DNA from: Welwitschia mirabilis
Taxonomy: Eukaryota
Assembly: GCA_051453625.1 (NCBI GenBank)
Contig: JBOZIK010000001.1
Location: 45,591,728 to 45,630,656 of the forward strand
Length of the DNA: 38,929 bases
Direction of reading: 5' to 3'
Shown: positions 11,471-23,040 of the stretch, in pieces
Position numbering within the stretch: position 1 is the stretch's first letter
Layout: the number at the start of each line of letters is the position of its first letter
Made by a program: the position numbers and the translations under genes
The notes under the pieces: model-generated
Told to the model about the DNA's origin: nothing
What the model saw: the letters and a program-made list of their open reading frames with translations, nothing else
The model's database searches: none

Positions 11471-12391
11471 AGCCAAATCTCTTGATGTTATTTATTCCTT
11501 TATAGTGTGACTTTATATATTTTTATATAGTACCTTTTCTTGTTGTAATATTAAAAAGAAAAAGGGAAGTTAAATGGGGTCATCTAGAAAGTCCTAGAAG
11601 TTAGGGTTAGGGTTTCTACNNNNNNNNNNNNNNNNNNNNNNNNNNNNNNNNNNNNNNNNNNNNNNNNNNNNNNNNNNNNNNNNNNNNNNNNNNNNNNNNN
11701 NNNNNNNNNNNNNNNNNNNNNNNNNNNNNNNNNNNNNNNNNNNNNNNNNNNNNNNNNNNNNNNNNNNNNNNNNNNNNNNNNNNNNNNNNNNNNNNNNNNN
11801 NNNNNNNNNNNNNNNNNNNNNNNNNNNNNNNNNNNNNNNNNNNNNNNNNNNNNNNNNNNNNNNNNNNNNNNNNNNNNNNNNNNNNNNNNNNNNNNNNNNN
11901 NNNNNNNNNNNNNNNNNNNNNNNNNNNNNNNNNNNNNNNNNNNNNNNNNNNNNNNNNNNNNNNNNNNNNNNNNNNNNNNNNNNNNNNNNNNNNNNNNNNN
12001 NNNNNNNNNNNNNNNNNNNNNNNNNNNNNNNNNNNNNNNNNNNNNNNNNNNNNNNNNNNNNNNNNNNNNNNNNNNNNNNNNNNNNNNNNNNNNNNNNNNN
12101 NNNNNNNNNNNNNNNNNNNNNNNNNNNNNNNNNNNNNNNNNNNNNNNNNNNNNNNNNNNNNNNNNNNNNNNNNNNNNNNNNNNNNNNNNNNNNNNNNNNN
12201 NNNNNNNNNNNNNNNNNNNNNNNNNNNNNNNNNNNNNNNNNNNNNNNNNNNNNNNNNNNNNNNNNNNNNNNNNNNNNNNNNNNNNNNNNNNNNNNNNNNN
12301 NNNNNNNNNNNNNNNNNNNNNNNNNNNNNNNNNNNNNNNNNNNNNNNNNNNNNNNNNNNNNNNNNNNNNNNNNNNNNNNNNNNNNNNNNNN

Positions 12392-12598
12392 AAGAAAATC
12401 TATATAAGGAGAGTAGAGGCATAGAATGCCATAAGGTGTAGGAGTCAAGAGTTATCAGATTGGCTATTAAGGACGGCTTGTGTCCTTGCCCATTTTCTTC
12501 ATTCTAATAGAGAGCTATGCATAGCTTCCGTGGTTTTTCCCCACATTAGGGTTTTTCCCCTCTCGCTTCTTTCTCTCCTTCCCCCTTAACCCCACCTT
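12392..12598 (+). repeat. left portion of the Tat 3' LTR (start hidden in or before the N gap)
   Basis: Contains a tatataag box. 12482-12510 matches 4021-4052. Continuous with 20288 onward once the nested element is removed. Confidence 0.6.
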
Positions 12599-13687
12599 TG
12601 TTGGAAATAGTTTTTGTCATTGATGCCCCTTTTCGGAAGTGTTTCTGGTGTTTTTTAAAGATATGTTTTAGGTTGTGTTGACCAGATGTTTGCTAAGGGT
12701 GACCTAAAGTTTTCTTATTCATCCTGTTAAAAACTGCATGCTCTGAGGGCAACCAGACAATTTCTAAAGGCAACCTCGCCAAGGGTAATCTCATTTTTTC
12801 TAAGGTCTCTGAGACTTAAATCAATTGATTTTTTGTTAGCAAAATGGACTCTCCTAAGGGTGCCCAGATAGTTTTTTAAGGAAGCCTTAGATTTTTTGAG
12901 ATCGACTGGATTTAAGTTAGTTGTCTTTTTGACCTACAAACCAATACCCCTAAGGGCGATCCAATTTCCCATAAGGGCGACCAAATCCTTCCAAATTAAG
13001 TGTAACATGCTCATCAGGTCAGTTGAATATTGTGTAAGGTCAACTGACTAATTAGCCCTTTAAACTCTATGAATATTAGCGCACTTCACTTGTTTCAAAG
13101 GAAGGTGAAGGGAAATAGAGATCATGCATTGATGCTAACCATCAGAAACCCTAGCATCTTAAATAGCCTAAAACATTTCCTTTCAGGTGATCGCTTCAAT
13201 TATAAGATTCCCTCTAGTACAAAAACACACTTGTTGGACAAAGTCTTCAAGGGCTAAGCTTTATTTGCATGATCTATAGTTATTCTCTTTAAGCCACCAA
13301 TGTACTATCAAGCTTAAAGAGCTACTCTTCTTGAGCTGAACATAAGTTGACTCAGTGCAGCTATGCGCATCTAACATTCCTCTTCTACATCTCTGTAAGG
13401 TTTTTGGATTGGCCCTAAAAATCCACTACTGTGGAAAGGTTCTACGGTGACCCTCGAAAGCCATACATTGGAATAATAGAATCTAGCTAAAGACACCAGG
13501 TCTACTAGTTGAAGAATGGTTGCTAACCACTATAAACAAAAAGCTCCACTTGAGTTCTTGTGTGTTGTTTAATCTATTTATCTGCTTGCTTTTATCTGTA
13601 TGATCTTTTAATGCAAATTAATTTGTGAGTTTGTTTTACACTTATTATCACCCTATTCCCCTCACTTTAGGGCTAATCCTTCTATCA
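12599..13687 (+). repeat. 5' LTR of the Sirevirus-like element (1089 bp)
   Basis: tgttggaaatag...ccttctatCA, colinear with 19047-20282. Confidence 0.92.
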
Positions 13688-13689
13688 AT

Positions 13690-13702
13690 TGGTGTCAGAG
13701 CC
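13690..13702 (+). other. PBS complementary to initiator tRNA-Met
   Basis: tggtgtcagagcc (consensus tggtatcagagc), 2 nt after the LTR end. Confidence 0.88.
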
Positions 13703-13750
13703 TAGGTAGAGCAAAAGACTCTTACAGATCTTTGCTCAATAACCCTAGAG

Positions 13751-16700
13751 ATGGCCATAAGTACAAAAGACAAGTCCATCACAAGGCCAGCATTATTTGA
13801 TGGATCAAACTATGCTTATTGGAATGCCAAGATGCAAGTTTTTGTTCATGCCCTTAATCTAGATCTTTGGGATTCTATTGAACAACAGTATCATCCAGAT
13901 TCCTTAGGAAACATCTCCTTGAAAAACAAAGACAAGTGGATTGTTGATGACAAAATTGTTGCAAATCTTAATTTCAAAGGTCTAAATGCCATTTTTTTGT
14001 GTTGTAGGTCAGGATAGTAACTGCACTACAACCAAAGAAGCATGGGATGTCTTGGAGACTGCACATGAAGGAACAAATCTCGTGAACTAAGCAAAGCTGC
14101 AAATGCTTATCACAAAACTTGAAGACATTAAAATGGATGAAGATGAAGGTATAAATGATTTCCTTGCTAAACTAACTAATATTGTAAACTCTATGTGTGC
14201 CCTAGGTCAACAAGTTGAAAAATCAAGAGTTGTAAGGAAGGCTTTGATGTTGTTGCCAAAAAGGTTTAAGTCAAAGGTGACTACCATCGAAGAAAGAAAG
14301 GATGTAAACATCATAAGGCTAGATGAACTTCAAGGCAATTTACACACCTTTGAATTAAAGTTTTGGAAAATCAAGAAAAGGAGTATTGCCTTAACTGCAA
14401 CTCATGAAAATGTTGAAGATAAGGAAGGCTCAGATCATGAGTTAAATAGTGATGATGAAGTGGCTCTTCTTGTACAAAAATTTAGGAAGTTTATGAGACA
14501 AAGAAACAACAACGATCCATCAAGAACACCACCAAGGAGAAAAAAAGATAAAAGAAAGGACATTTAGTGCTACTCCTAGAAAGGATTTGGACATACATTA
14601 AATGAATGTCATAACAACAGGAAGGAGGAGAGAAGAAAGGGGAAGAAAGCTCTCTTTGTAACATGGGATGATGATGATGATTATGAAAGTGATGGCGAAT
14701 GCAACTCAGAATCTGAAAGGCATAGGATATCTCTCATGGCTTTTGTCACTTCAAATGAAAAGGTATGTGATTTAGACCCATATGACTCATTTGAAAATGA
14801 AGATACTCTTACTGATGTAGAATTGGAACTATACAAGAAGTTTCAGGTCTTAGCCCTTAAAGTAAGTGAACTCAAAAAAGAGAACAAAGGCTCAATCAAC
14901 AAGCTAACTCTTAAGGCCAAAGAAATTGAAAAGTTGAGAAGAGAGCTTGAAGAAGCATCTCAAATAATGAGGAATGCAAATTATGACAAGTCAAGGACTG
15001 AAGTTAGAGGATCAAAAGGAACATCAACATCAAACCACTTCAACTGTATCACAAACCGGGTTCGTGGTAAAAGATTAATGGAAAGATCTACACTAAAGTC
15101 TTCAATGGTGAATATTAATTGTCATTTTTGCAATAGAAGAGGGAATTACAAAATAGATTCTCTTATTTGCAAGAGGTTGTTCTGCCATTCCATGATGAAT
15201 AAGAATTATAACTTTATTCCTAAATTTACTCATTTGAATCAACAAAATAAATGTTTAATTTGGATACCCAAAACATCCATGAAGAGTTTTCTTATTCAAA
15301 CTGCTCTTAAAGTGACTAATCATACTTACTAGTATCTTGATAGTGGATGTTCTAGACACATCACAAGTGACAAATCGAGTTTCATTACCCTCAATGAGCC
15401 TGATGGTGGAGAGGTGACTTTTGAAGCCAATAGTAAAGCAAAGATTGAAGGTATTGGATGCATTGGTGAGAGTAACCTACCTAAGATAATTGATGTTTTA
15501 CATGTAAATGGTCGTAAACACAATTTGTTAAGTATAAGTCAAATTTGTGGTAAGGATCATAAGGTATTTTTTGACACTAACAAGTGCACTGTAAGACATG
15601 GGGCCACAGATCAAATTTTGCTTAAACCAATGAGATAAGACAATGTTTAATGTGTCACTCAATCATATGAAAACTCTTACATGACAGCTTAAGTTCAAGA
15701 TGGTGTTCTTGGCATCAAAGACTAGGTCATCTAAGCTTTGAAAATCTGAAAAGGATATGTAATGGTGAGTATATTTGAGGATTACCTAAACTTTCTTTCA
15801 CTCATCAAGGTCTATGTGATGCATGCCAAAGAGAGAAACAAACAAGGACTTCAAACACAAGTAAAAGCAACACTATTACAAGTATGCCCTTTGATTTGAT
15901 TCATATGGATCTCCTGAGTCCAATTCAAACAATAAGCATGTTAAGTAAACGTTATTTCTTGGTCATGTTTGATGACTACTCCAGATGTACTTGGGTAGCC
16001 TTTTTGCAAGCAAAATCTGATGCTTTTGTGAAAATTTGTGAGAAATTGCAAAGTGAAAATGGCTATATCATTAAAAGAATTAGAAGTGATCATGATGGTG
16101 AATTTGAAAATTTTTAGTTTGGAAATTATTGTAATAACAATGGTATTGAGCATGAAGTTTCAGCCCCCAAAACTCCTCAAGAAAACGGTGTGGCAAAAAG
16201 GAAATTTTACACTGTTTTGGATATGGCGAGAGTAATGTTGAATGACAAAGATACACCAAAAAGACTTTGGGTTGAAGCCATAAACACAACCTGTCACATC
16301 ACTCCTTGTGAACTTTGGAAAGGTAAAAAGCCAAATATATCACATTTTAGAACCATTGGTAGTAAGTGTTTCATATTGAAAGATCATGAGATCTTGGCTA
16401 AATTTGACTCAAAGTCGAATGAAGGCATATTCCTAAGACACTCATTCTCAAGTAGACCATATAGAGTTTTCAATAAACGTATCTTGGATGTAGAAGAATC
16501 TATCAATGGAAAGATTCATGATGTTCCTAAGAAAACTAACATTGTTGATGAGGAAGTTAACCCAGCACCTCCAAACTTCTATTATGATGAAATTTATTCC
16601 AGATGCAACCAAACAGCTGAAGTGAAAGAGCTCAAGGATCATTCCTTAGATTCAATCATTGGAAATGTTGAAGAAGGTTTGTTAAAGAAGCTCTCTCAAG

Positions 16701-17330
16701 AACTTCAGTGCCCATGTTTCCTTCCTGTCACAAATTGGACCAAGAAACTTTGAAGCTATGTCAGCTCCATGTTGGATCCTAGCTATGTAAGAAGAACTAG
16801 AACAATTTACATGAAATTGGATATGGTCACTTGTTTCAAAGCTTCTTGGAAAGCATATCATTAGCACGAAATGGATTTTCAGAAACATAACAAATGAACA
16901 AAATGGCATTACAAAGAACAAAGCTTGCTTGGTCGCACAAGGATACTCTCAAGTTGAAAGCATTGATTGTTGGGGGGACTCCTGCCCCTATAGCTAGATC
17001 AATTCAAATGTTTCTTGCATTTGCTTGTTTTAAGAAAATTAAGTTCCTTCAAATGGATGTGAGAAGTGCCTTCTTGAATGGAAGAATTGATGAAGTTTAC
17101 GTCAGTCAACTTAAAGGCTTTATAGATCCTCACTTCCCTAATCATGTTTACAAATTGCATAAAGCCCTTTATGGCCTGAAGCAAGCCCCCAAAGCCTGGT
17201 ACAACAAGTTATCATTGTTTTTAATTCAAAATGGATTTACTAGAGGATCCATTGATCAAACTCTGTTCAAAAAAACAATGAAGAATGAGGTTGACGAATC
17301 AGATAGCAGACTACATAGTACATGCTATAT
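13751..17330 (+). pseudogene. gag-pol of the Sirevirus-like element (disrupted; RT C-terminus and most of RNase H deleted)
   Basis: gag N-terminus RPALFDGSNYAYW. UBN2-type region KLEDIKMDEDE...LPKRFKSKV. Knuckles C.S.KGFGH...EC and CHFCNRRG. PR YLDSGCSRH. INT LIHMDL...DDYSR...IRSDHDGEF. RT QMDVRSAFLNG and ALYGLKQAPKAWY. Confidence 0.92.
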
Positions 17331-17650
17331 TCAACCATAAGTTCATGACAATTTGTCACATTAGTCCTATTAAATTGGTGTGTGGCTCATTGAAATGTAC
17401 TTCTCCTTGAAATCTAACATCAAGATCTCTTGTACTTGGAAAATCTAACAGGAAATCCCTTCTCATCATATCTCGCCTCTTCTTATCCTCCTTTTGTCTC
17501 GCCTCTCTATTTTAAATAACATCTTTCTATTCAAATCCTCCTTCTCACCCTTGGTCAAGTATTTCACTCTTCACATCTTCTCCTTTAGTCCATCTCAACT
17601 CTCTTCATTTTCCCTTGCATCCTCTTCAAATTTGACTTCAAGGCAGTCAG

Positions 17651-18647
17651 ATGAAAGCTCTAAGAACAAAAGCAAGGAAGTAGCTCACAAACCCCCTAGC
17701 ATACTACTTTGCAAAGATGGCTTCCTAAGGTATTGAGCACTTGGAAGAAAATTTTGAATCCATCCCCATTGCTATGGAGAGGTCTTATGAGCTTGTGCAG
17801 TTTTTTAGTCTTAAGATAGTTCCACAACTCTTGGATGAGGTAATCTGGAGTTGTTTCTTAGACATTCAAGGCACATGTTACCCTCCTGTCACTCGGTTGT
17901 TCTATTGAAATGTAAAATATGATGTTGGAAACTCAACTCTCACTACCTCTATCTTTGGCCAAGAAATGAAGATTACTGCAGACCTCGTGTCCACACTCAC
18001 TAGCCTTCCAAGGGGAGGAATGGGAGAATATTGCCCTCTGGCAAATACTTGTGAAGAAAAGAAGTAGGCTACAAGGCTGCTTTGTGGTCAACATGTGACA
18101 TGGAAGAAGACTCTTAAAGCCTCTCCACTTCTTCCTAAATACCATCTCCTTCATCTTATTTTGTCTTACAACTTTCTCCCTCTTGCTGGTCAGAGAGATG
18201 AACTCTCAAATTACCGCGCATATCGTTTGTTCTATTTGGAAAAGGCCAGGGATGTTGATGACCCATTCATCATACTTCGTCACATGCTGCATCAACTCCA
18301 ACCTCACAAGAAGCACCCTCTTCCATATGCCTTTCTTATTACCAAAATTTGTAAACATTTCAATGTGCCTCATTGCAGTGTCAAGAAGCTCTTAAACCCA
18401 TGGGGCCTATCAATCGCACTACGTTGTCTCGTATGCATATTTTTGATGAACTAGATTCCTTATCCAACCCCAAGGTTAAAGCTCCTCACACTCCAAAAAT
18501 CCTTCATCTGTTGCACATTGTGGACTCTCACACAAGCACATTAAGGAAGCTCTCATAGCTACTGGCACTCCTATTTTTGACACTTCTCCTAGCATCAGCC
18601 CCAAATCCCTAGCTGAATCGGCCTCTTCCTCTAATGAAGAAGATTGA
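17651..18647 (+). pseudogene. env-like / extra ORF of the Sirevirus-like element
   Basis: One frame with two stops reads MERSYEL...CYPPVTRLFY*N...LLHLILSYNFLPLAGQRD...IILRHM...LPYAFLITKICKHFNV. These match the YPxLVREFY and LPYGxLITxI motifs of plant env-like ORFs. Confidence 0.8.
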
Positions 18648-19034
18648 TCTCCTCTTCTCTGTTTTGGTTTTTACCTTTTTTCATTGATGCCAAAAGGGGA
18701 GGGATCTAATGTAGTTTTCGCTAAAATACCACCCACCATAAAATGTTACAATAGTCTTACGATATGTTGTTCATGATTTCCATGACAATAGTTCCTATAT
18801 TATGTAGTCTAAGAGTAGTTGGGCATATTTGCAAATCTCCCTGTTTTTGTCAATGAATGATATGTAATACTAATATGTAGTACAAAGTTGTTTTTTTTAA
18901 ATAGAAAAGTTTTCATTTAGTATATTTGCACGTTCCTTCTTTATGCACATTTTAAGAGGGCGTTTTTCTGTTCATAAGCATATCTTAAGGAGGAATTATG
19001 TTTCATAACTCATTCTATTTTTGCTGTCAATAAC

Positions 19035-19044
19035 AAAGGGGAAG
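19035..19044 (+). other. terminal PPT (additional upstream purine tracts at 18692-18703, 18954-18960, 18987-18995)
   Basis: aaaggggaag, 2 nt before the 3' LTR. Upstream ttgatgccaaaaggggaggg is the Sirevirus-type multi-PPT motif. Confidence 0.85.
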
Positions 19045-19046
19045 TT

Positions 19047-19089
19047 TGTTGGAAATAGGATTTTTCATTGATGCCCCTTTTCGAAAGTG

Positions 19090-19120
<31 letters not shown>

Positions 19121-20282
19121 ATGTGTTTCAAGTTGGGTTGATCAGATACTCGCTAAGAGCAACCTAAAGTTTTTTTCGTTCATCCTGTAAAAAAACTACA
19201 TGCTCTAAAGGCAACCAGACAATTTCTGAGGGCAACCAAACTAAGAGCAACCTCATTTTTTCTAAGGTCAACTGAACTCAAATCAGCTGATTTTCTATCA
19301 GCAAAACCGATTCTTCTAAGGGCAACTAGATAGTTTTTGAGGGCAACTAAATCTCCCAAGGGTAACATTCTATTTTTTCTAAGGTCAACTGAATTCAAAT
19401 CAGCTGATTTTCTATCAGCAAAACCGGTTCTTCTAAGGGCAACTAGATAGTTTTTGAGGGCAACTAAATCTCCCAAGGGTAACCTTATACTCTTGAGGCC
19501 AACTAGATTCCAGTCAACTATCTTTTTGACTTGCAAACCAAATCTCCTGAGGATGACCGAATTTCTTGAAAGGGCGACCAAATCCTTCTAGATTTATTGT
19601 AACATGCTCGTTAAGTCGACTGAATATTGTGTGAGGTCAACCAAATAACTAATCGGTTGAACTTTGTAAACATTAGCGCACTTCACTTGTTTCGAAGAAA
19701 GGTGTAAGGAATTGGAGATCACACCTTGATGCCATTCCATCTGAAACCCTAGCATCTTAAATAGCCTAAAACCTTTCTCTAAAGGTGGTCGCTTCAATTA
19801 TAACATTCTCTCTATTACAAAAACACTTTTGTTGGAAAAGTCTTTCAGGGCTAGGCTTTATCTAAATGTTTTGTAGCTATTCTCTTCAAGCCATCACCGT
19901 ACCCTCAAGCTTAAAGGTCTATTCTCCTTGAGCTAAACCTGGAGTGACTTAGCATAGTTGTGCACATCTCACATTCCTCTTCTACTTCTCTATAACATTT
20001 TGGGTTTGCCCTAAAAATCCATTACCATGGAAAGGTTCTATGATAACCCTGGAAAACCATATAGTGGAACAATAGAATCCAACTAAAGATACCTGGTCTA
20101 TTAGCTGAAGAATGATTGCTAGCCATATTAAAAAAAATCTCCACTTGAGTTCTTGTGTGTTGGTTAACCTATTTATCTACTTTCTTTTATCTGAATGATC
20201 TTTTAATGCAAATTAATTTTTGAGTTTGTTTCACACTTATTATCACCCTATTCAGCCACCTCTAGAGTTGATCCTTCTATCA
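19047..20282 (+). repeat. 3' LTR of the Sirevirus-like element (1236 bp)
   Basis: tgttggaaatagg...ccttctatCA. Includes a T27 run (19090-19116) and a 117-bp tandem duplication. Confidence 0.92.
19255..19483 (+). repeat. 117-bp tandem duplication within the 3' LTR
   Basis: tctaaggtcaactg starts at 19261 and again at 19378. The units differ at about two core positions. Confidence 0.95.
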
Positions 20283-20287
20283 ACCTC

Positions 20288-21389
20288 ATCCAGTCAAATT
20301 CCATGCCTAAGGCATGGAATCCAAGCAATCCTTCAGTTTAGGCTTTGCTCTCCTGTCCAGCTTTAGGTTCAAGCTCAACATCATGATTCAAATTCAAAGT
20401 CCGGCAATGACTCTAGCTCTTTCAGTTTTGTGCTCTACCTTCAGTTAGGATCTCTGGCCTCCTCATCCCATAAGAAGACATCTTTTAGCTACCTCCTCTG
20501 TCCAGGCTCCCTCATCAGCCTTTTTCTTCCCGTTCCTCTTCATCTCCCCCTCTCCACTTCTTCTTCCACCCTTTTTCTTCTCCACCCCATCCTCCTCCTC
20601 CCTCATGTCCCTCCTATCCCTTTCCCCTCTTTTCGTTTTTCTTCTTCCTTTCCCTTTTCTTCCTCCTCTCTTCTTCTTCCCTCCACGCCCTATCTAGCCA
20701 ATTCCATGCCCTTGAGACCCCTCCCCTTCATCTTCCTTCAGCCTCTTATTCTAGTCCTCCTTTATATAATCCAGATCCCCCAGTCTCCTACACAGCCTTT
20801 TTTTAGTCAATACCCTCCCTGTGTTGTTTCACTCGTGGACACATAGTTCTTCAAATAAAACTGTCCTTCTTTAACTCTCTGCCCAGCTTTCTTTACCAAG
20901 GGCATTATCATTTGGTTCACATCATTACTCCAACTTCAGAAGAGCCCTAAGATTGCATCAAGTTCTTAGGGCACACCAGAATCAAGCGACCCTATCGTGA
21001 CATTACACCATAAGGGGAGTACTAGCCTGATGCTCAATTAAGTGACCATTGTTCTAGTGGAGTGATCCTCTCTGGTACCATGAAGGACCAGCCAGCCATC
21101 CCTTAACTTTTTTAACAACCGCTTCATTGATCTTCCAAGTACTACCTCTATGATGGAATCACAGTTAGCTCAAGGATAGTGAGGACAACTAGACAACAAG
21201 GAGATGCTACCTAGGTTCCTTCCCATTATCACATCCCCTTCCTACCTTGTGCCCTGTTTACTCTATACTCTGGAGGATCTTAATGGGTACCTAATTTCCT
21301 GTAGCCCCCTAAAACAAGTCTAGGATGCCTCACCCTGGAAAGCAAGGTGTTGATGTTCTCTCCATACTTGAGGAAAGGAATTTACATCA
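20288..21389 (+). repeat. right portion of the Tat 3' LTR
   Basis: Contains segments homologous to 4053-4414, ends aggaatttacatCA, and includes a long pyrimidine-rich tract. Confidence 0.82.
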
Positions 21390-22499
21390 ACACTAACTTT
21401 TACCACTTTGGTCACTTTAATGCTCCTTGGACCTAACACTCTCTTTTATTTATAAGGCTTTAAAAGGAATCCTAATCATGAAGGAATCCTTTAATATTGG
21501 CCTCTTACATGTTTTACTAGAAATAGCTTCTAAAGTTATGCATAAAGTCCTCTAAGCATAGCATATTAGTTACACTAGATTCCCTAAACATGCTAACTTA
21601 AATGGCTATTCATTCCTATATGGCGGATTTTATTTTCCACACAAGCACAACTTTAGCAAGTAGACCCCTCACTAAAACACATTCTTTATTTTTATTTTTT
21701 AAGGATGCTTTTACATCAAATTCAAAGTAAAGATATAGACACAATAAGATATTATGCTACTTGAAGCAAAGATGATGCCCTTAAAGCTATTTGCCAATTT
21801 ATAGTATACACTCATAATCCTTCTGCAGTTACAGTAGACCAATACAAGAGCACATTTTCTATTGTGATCCTAAACAAGTTCACAAGATTGTAAAACAAAA
21901 GATGTTTCAAATTCTTTAGGAAACCACAAAAGAAAGAAACATTTCTACCTAAACAACACCAGAGGAGGTCTCAATATAAAGGCAAACTATTTAACAGCTA
22001 TTATTCTTTAATATTTGTAGTGCGTAATTAGCAAAGCAAAAATGAGATCTCATTATTTGAGAGTTGAAATAGGATGATGGCTCAAAATGCCTCAAGAAGA
22101 GTGGATCTATCGACTATGAAATTGAAAAATTACTAAAGATGAACACCACATTTTCTTACAATGCCCTACACTTGAGCACATAGGCACAAGTGGCACATTA
22201 CGATAATCAATCTAACTGATTGGTTCCAACTTGTACCAAGAATAGTTGATAACTTAATTAATGATATTTTTAAATCTCACAACATGTACATTTCAACTGT
22301 CCAATGGATCCTTAGGGTCTATGAATGTACTAAAATTAGTTTTAGTTTCATAATGATTGCTATGCCAAAGTAATTTCTCATAATTCTATTACCTAAAATT
22401 ACAAACCATTAGTTAAGTAAAATTTATTACTTATAATGGTCAAATGATTCTATGATAATTTCCATTCGTCTCCTGATATTGATGCTTCCACCTCCAAGT

Positions 22500-23040
22500 A
22501 CCCGAAATGTTGCGTGGGTTTTTAGTACTTCTTCACAGGTAGCTCCCTCTGTTTTTGTTTTGCTCCTAGTTAATAAGGCTTTTATTGGTGTTTGTTTGAA
22601 CTGTGTTTCTTGGGTCTGCTGCACTAGTCTGGGATTCTGGGGTCCACCCCCCATATTTTGTACAGTTGCCGTTAGGACATTTTTGTAATCTGGGGATTTT
22701 CAAATGTATTGGAAGGCTTTCTCCTACCCCTCGCGTGATATTTTGTATCGTGTCCAATTTACCTTGTTGTGACTGTGCGACATCTTTTCCCCTTAAGAGG
22801 AGTTTTCACTCGAAAACGTAACCCACTCTTCTGGTAGCTCTCCTTGACCAGTGCCCCTTTGTCCAATGTTGCCTTAGTTGCAGAATGATCTTCCCACTCC
22901 ACCATAGGAATTTTATTATTTCTTGGGGTAAATTCCTGAGTATTCATTATTTTCATTGGTTTCTTGATGGCAATACCGTCATCCCAAATTGCTTATGCAT
23001 TTATTCTGGCATAGTGGACACATTGTGAAGGCTCTTAATT
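22500..23040 (-). mobile_element. Tekay-type chromovirus 3' remnant (INT end/chromodomain, PPT, start of 3' LTR); distal LTR boundary uncertain
   Basis: SLHNV...KPMKIMNTQEFTPRNNKIPMVEWEDHSATKATL resembles the Tekay chromodomain. It is followed by TTTCGAG...TTAAGGGGAAAAGA (PPT 22794-22783) and TGTCGCAC (LTR start 22782). Confidence 0.72.

Larger units (their letters stand above)
12599..20282 (+). mobile_element. Sirevirus/SIRE-like Ty1/copia retrotransposon with env-like ORF, nested in the Tat 3' LTR
   Basis: Two TG...CA LTRs, flanks acctt/acctc (4/5 TSD), Met-type PBS, gag with two CCHC-like knuckles, PR-INT-RT, an extra ORF, multiple PPTs, and the C-rich LTR end caccctattc(a)cc...ctag. Confidence 0.93.
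4020..21389 (+). mobile_element. Ty3/gypsy non-chromovirus Tat-type LTR retrotransposon, decayed, with a nested copia in its 3' LTR
   Basis: Homologous LTR ends at 4053-4414 and 20715-21389, both ending gaatttacatCA. PBS-like site present. gag, PR, aRH, RT, RH and INT remnants are in gypsy order. Confidence 0.88.

Noticed and set aside
11601..11615. ttagggttagggttt telomere-like repeat
   Set aside because: Only two units, and agggttt motifs are common in LTRs.
11594..12448. Long ORFs spanning N runs (also 5292-5903, 25236-25976, 27619-28646)
   Set aside because: Artefacts of translating gaps; they have no real coding content.
15330..15332. Stop codon before the protease as a programmed gag-pol readthrough site
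   Set aside because: The TAG occupies the conserved W of WYLDSGC, so a TGG>TAG decay mutation is the simpler explanation.
19180..19581. 133-aa minus-strand ORF with a 39-aa repeat
   Set aside because: It is only the antisense translation of the 117-bp LTR duplication and is not conserved in the 5' LTR.
20430..20846. 138-aa Ser/Pro/Leu/Phe-rich ORF
   Set aside because: Low-complexity pyrimidine tract within an LTR; the lack of stops is compositional.
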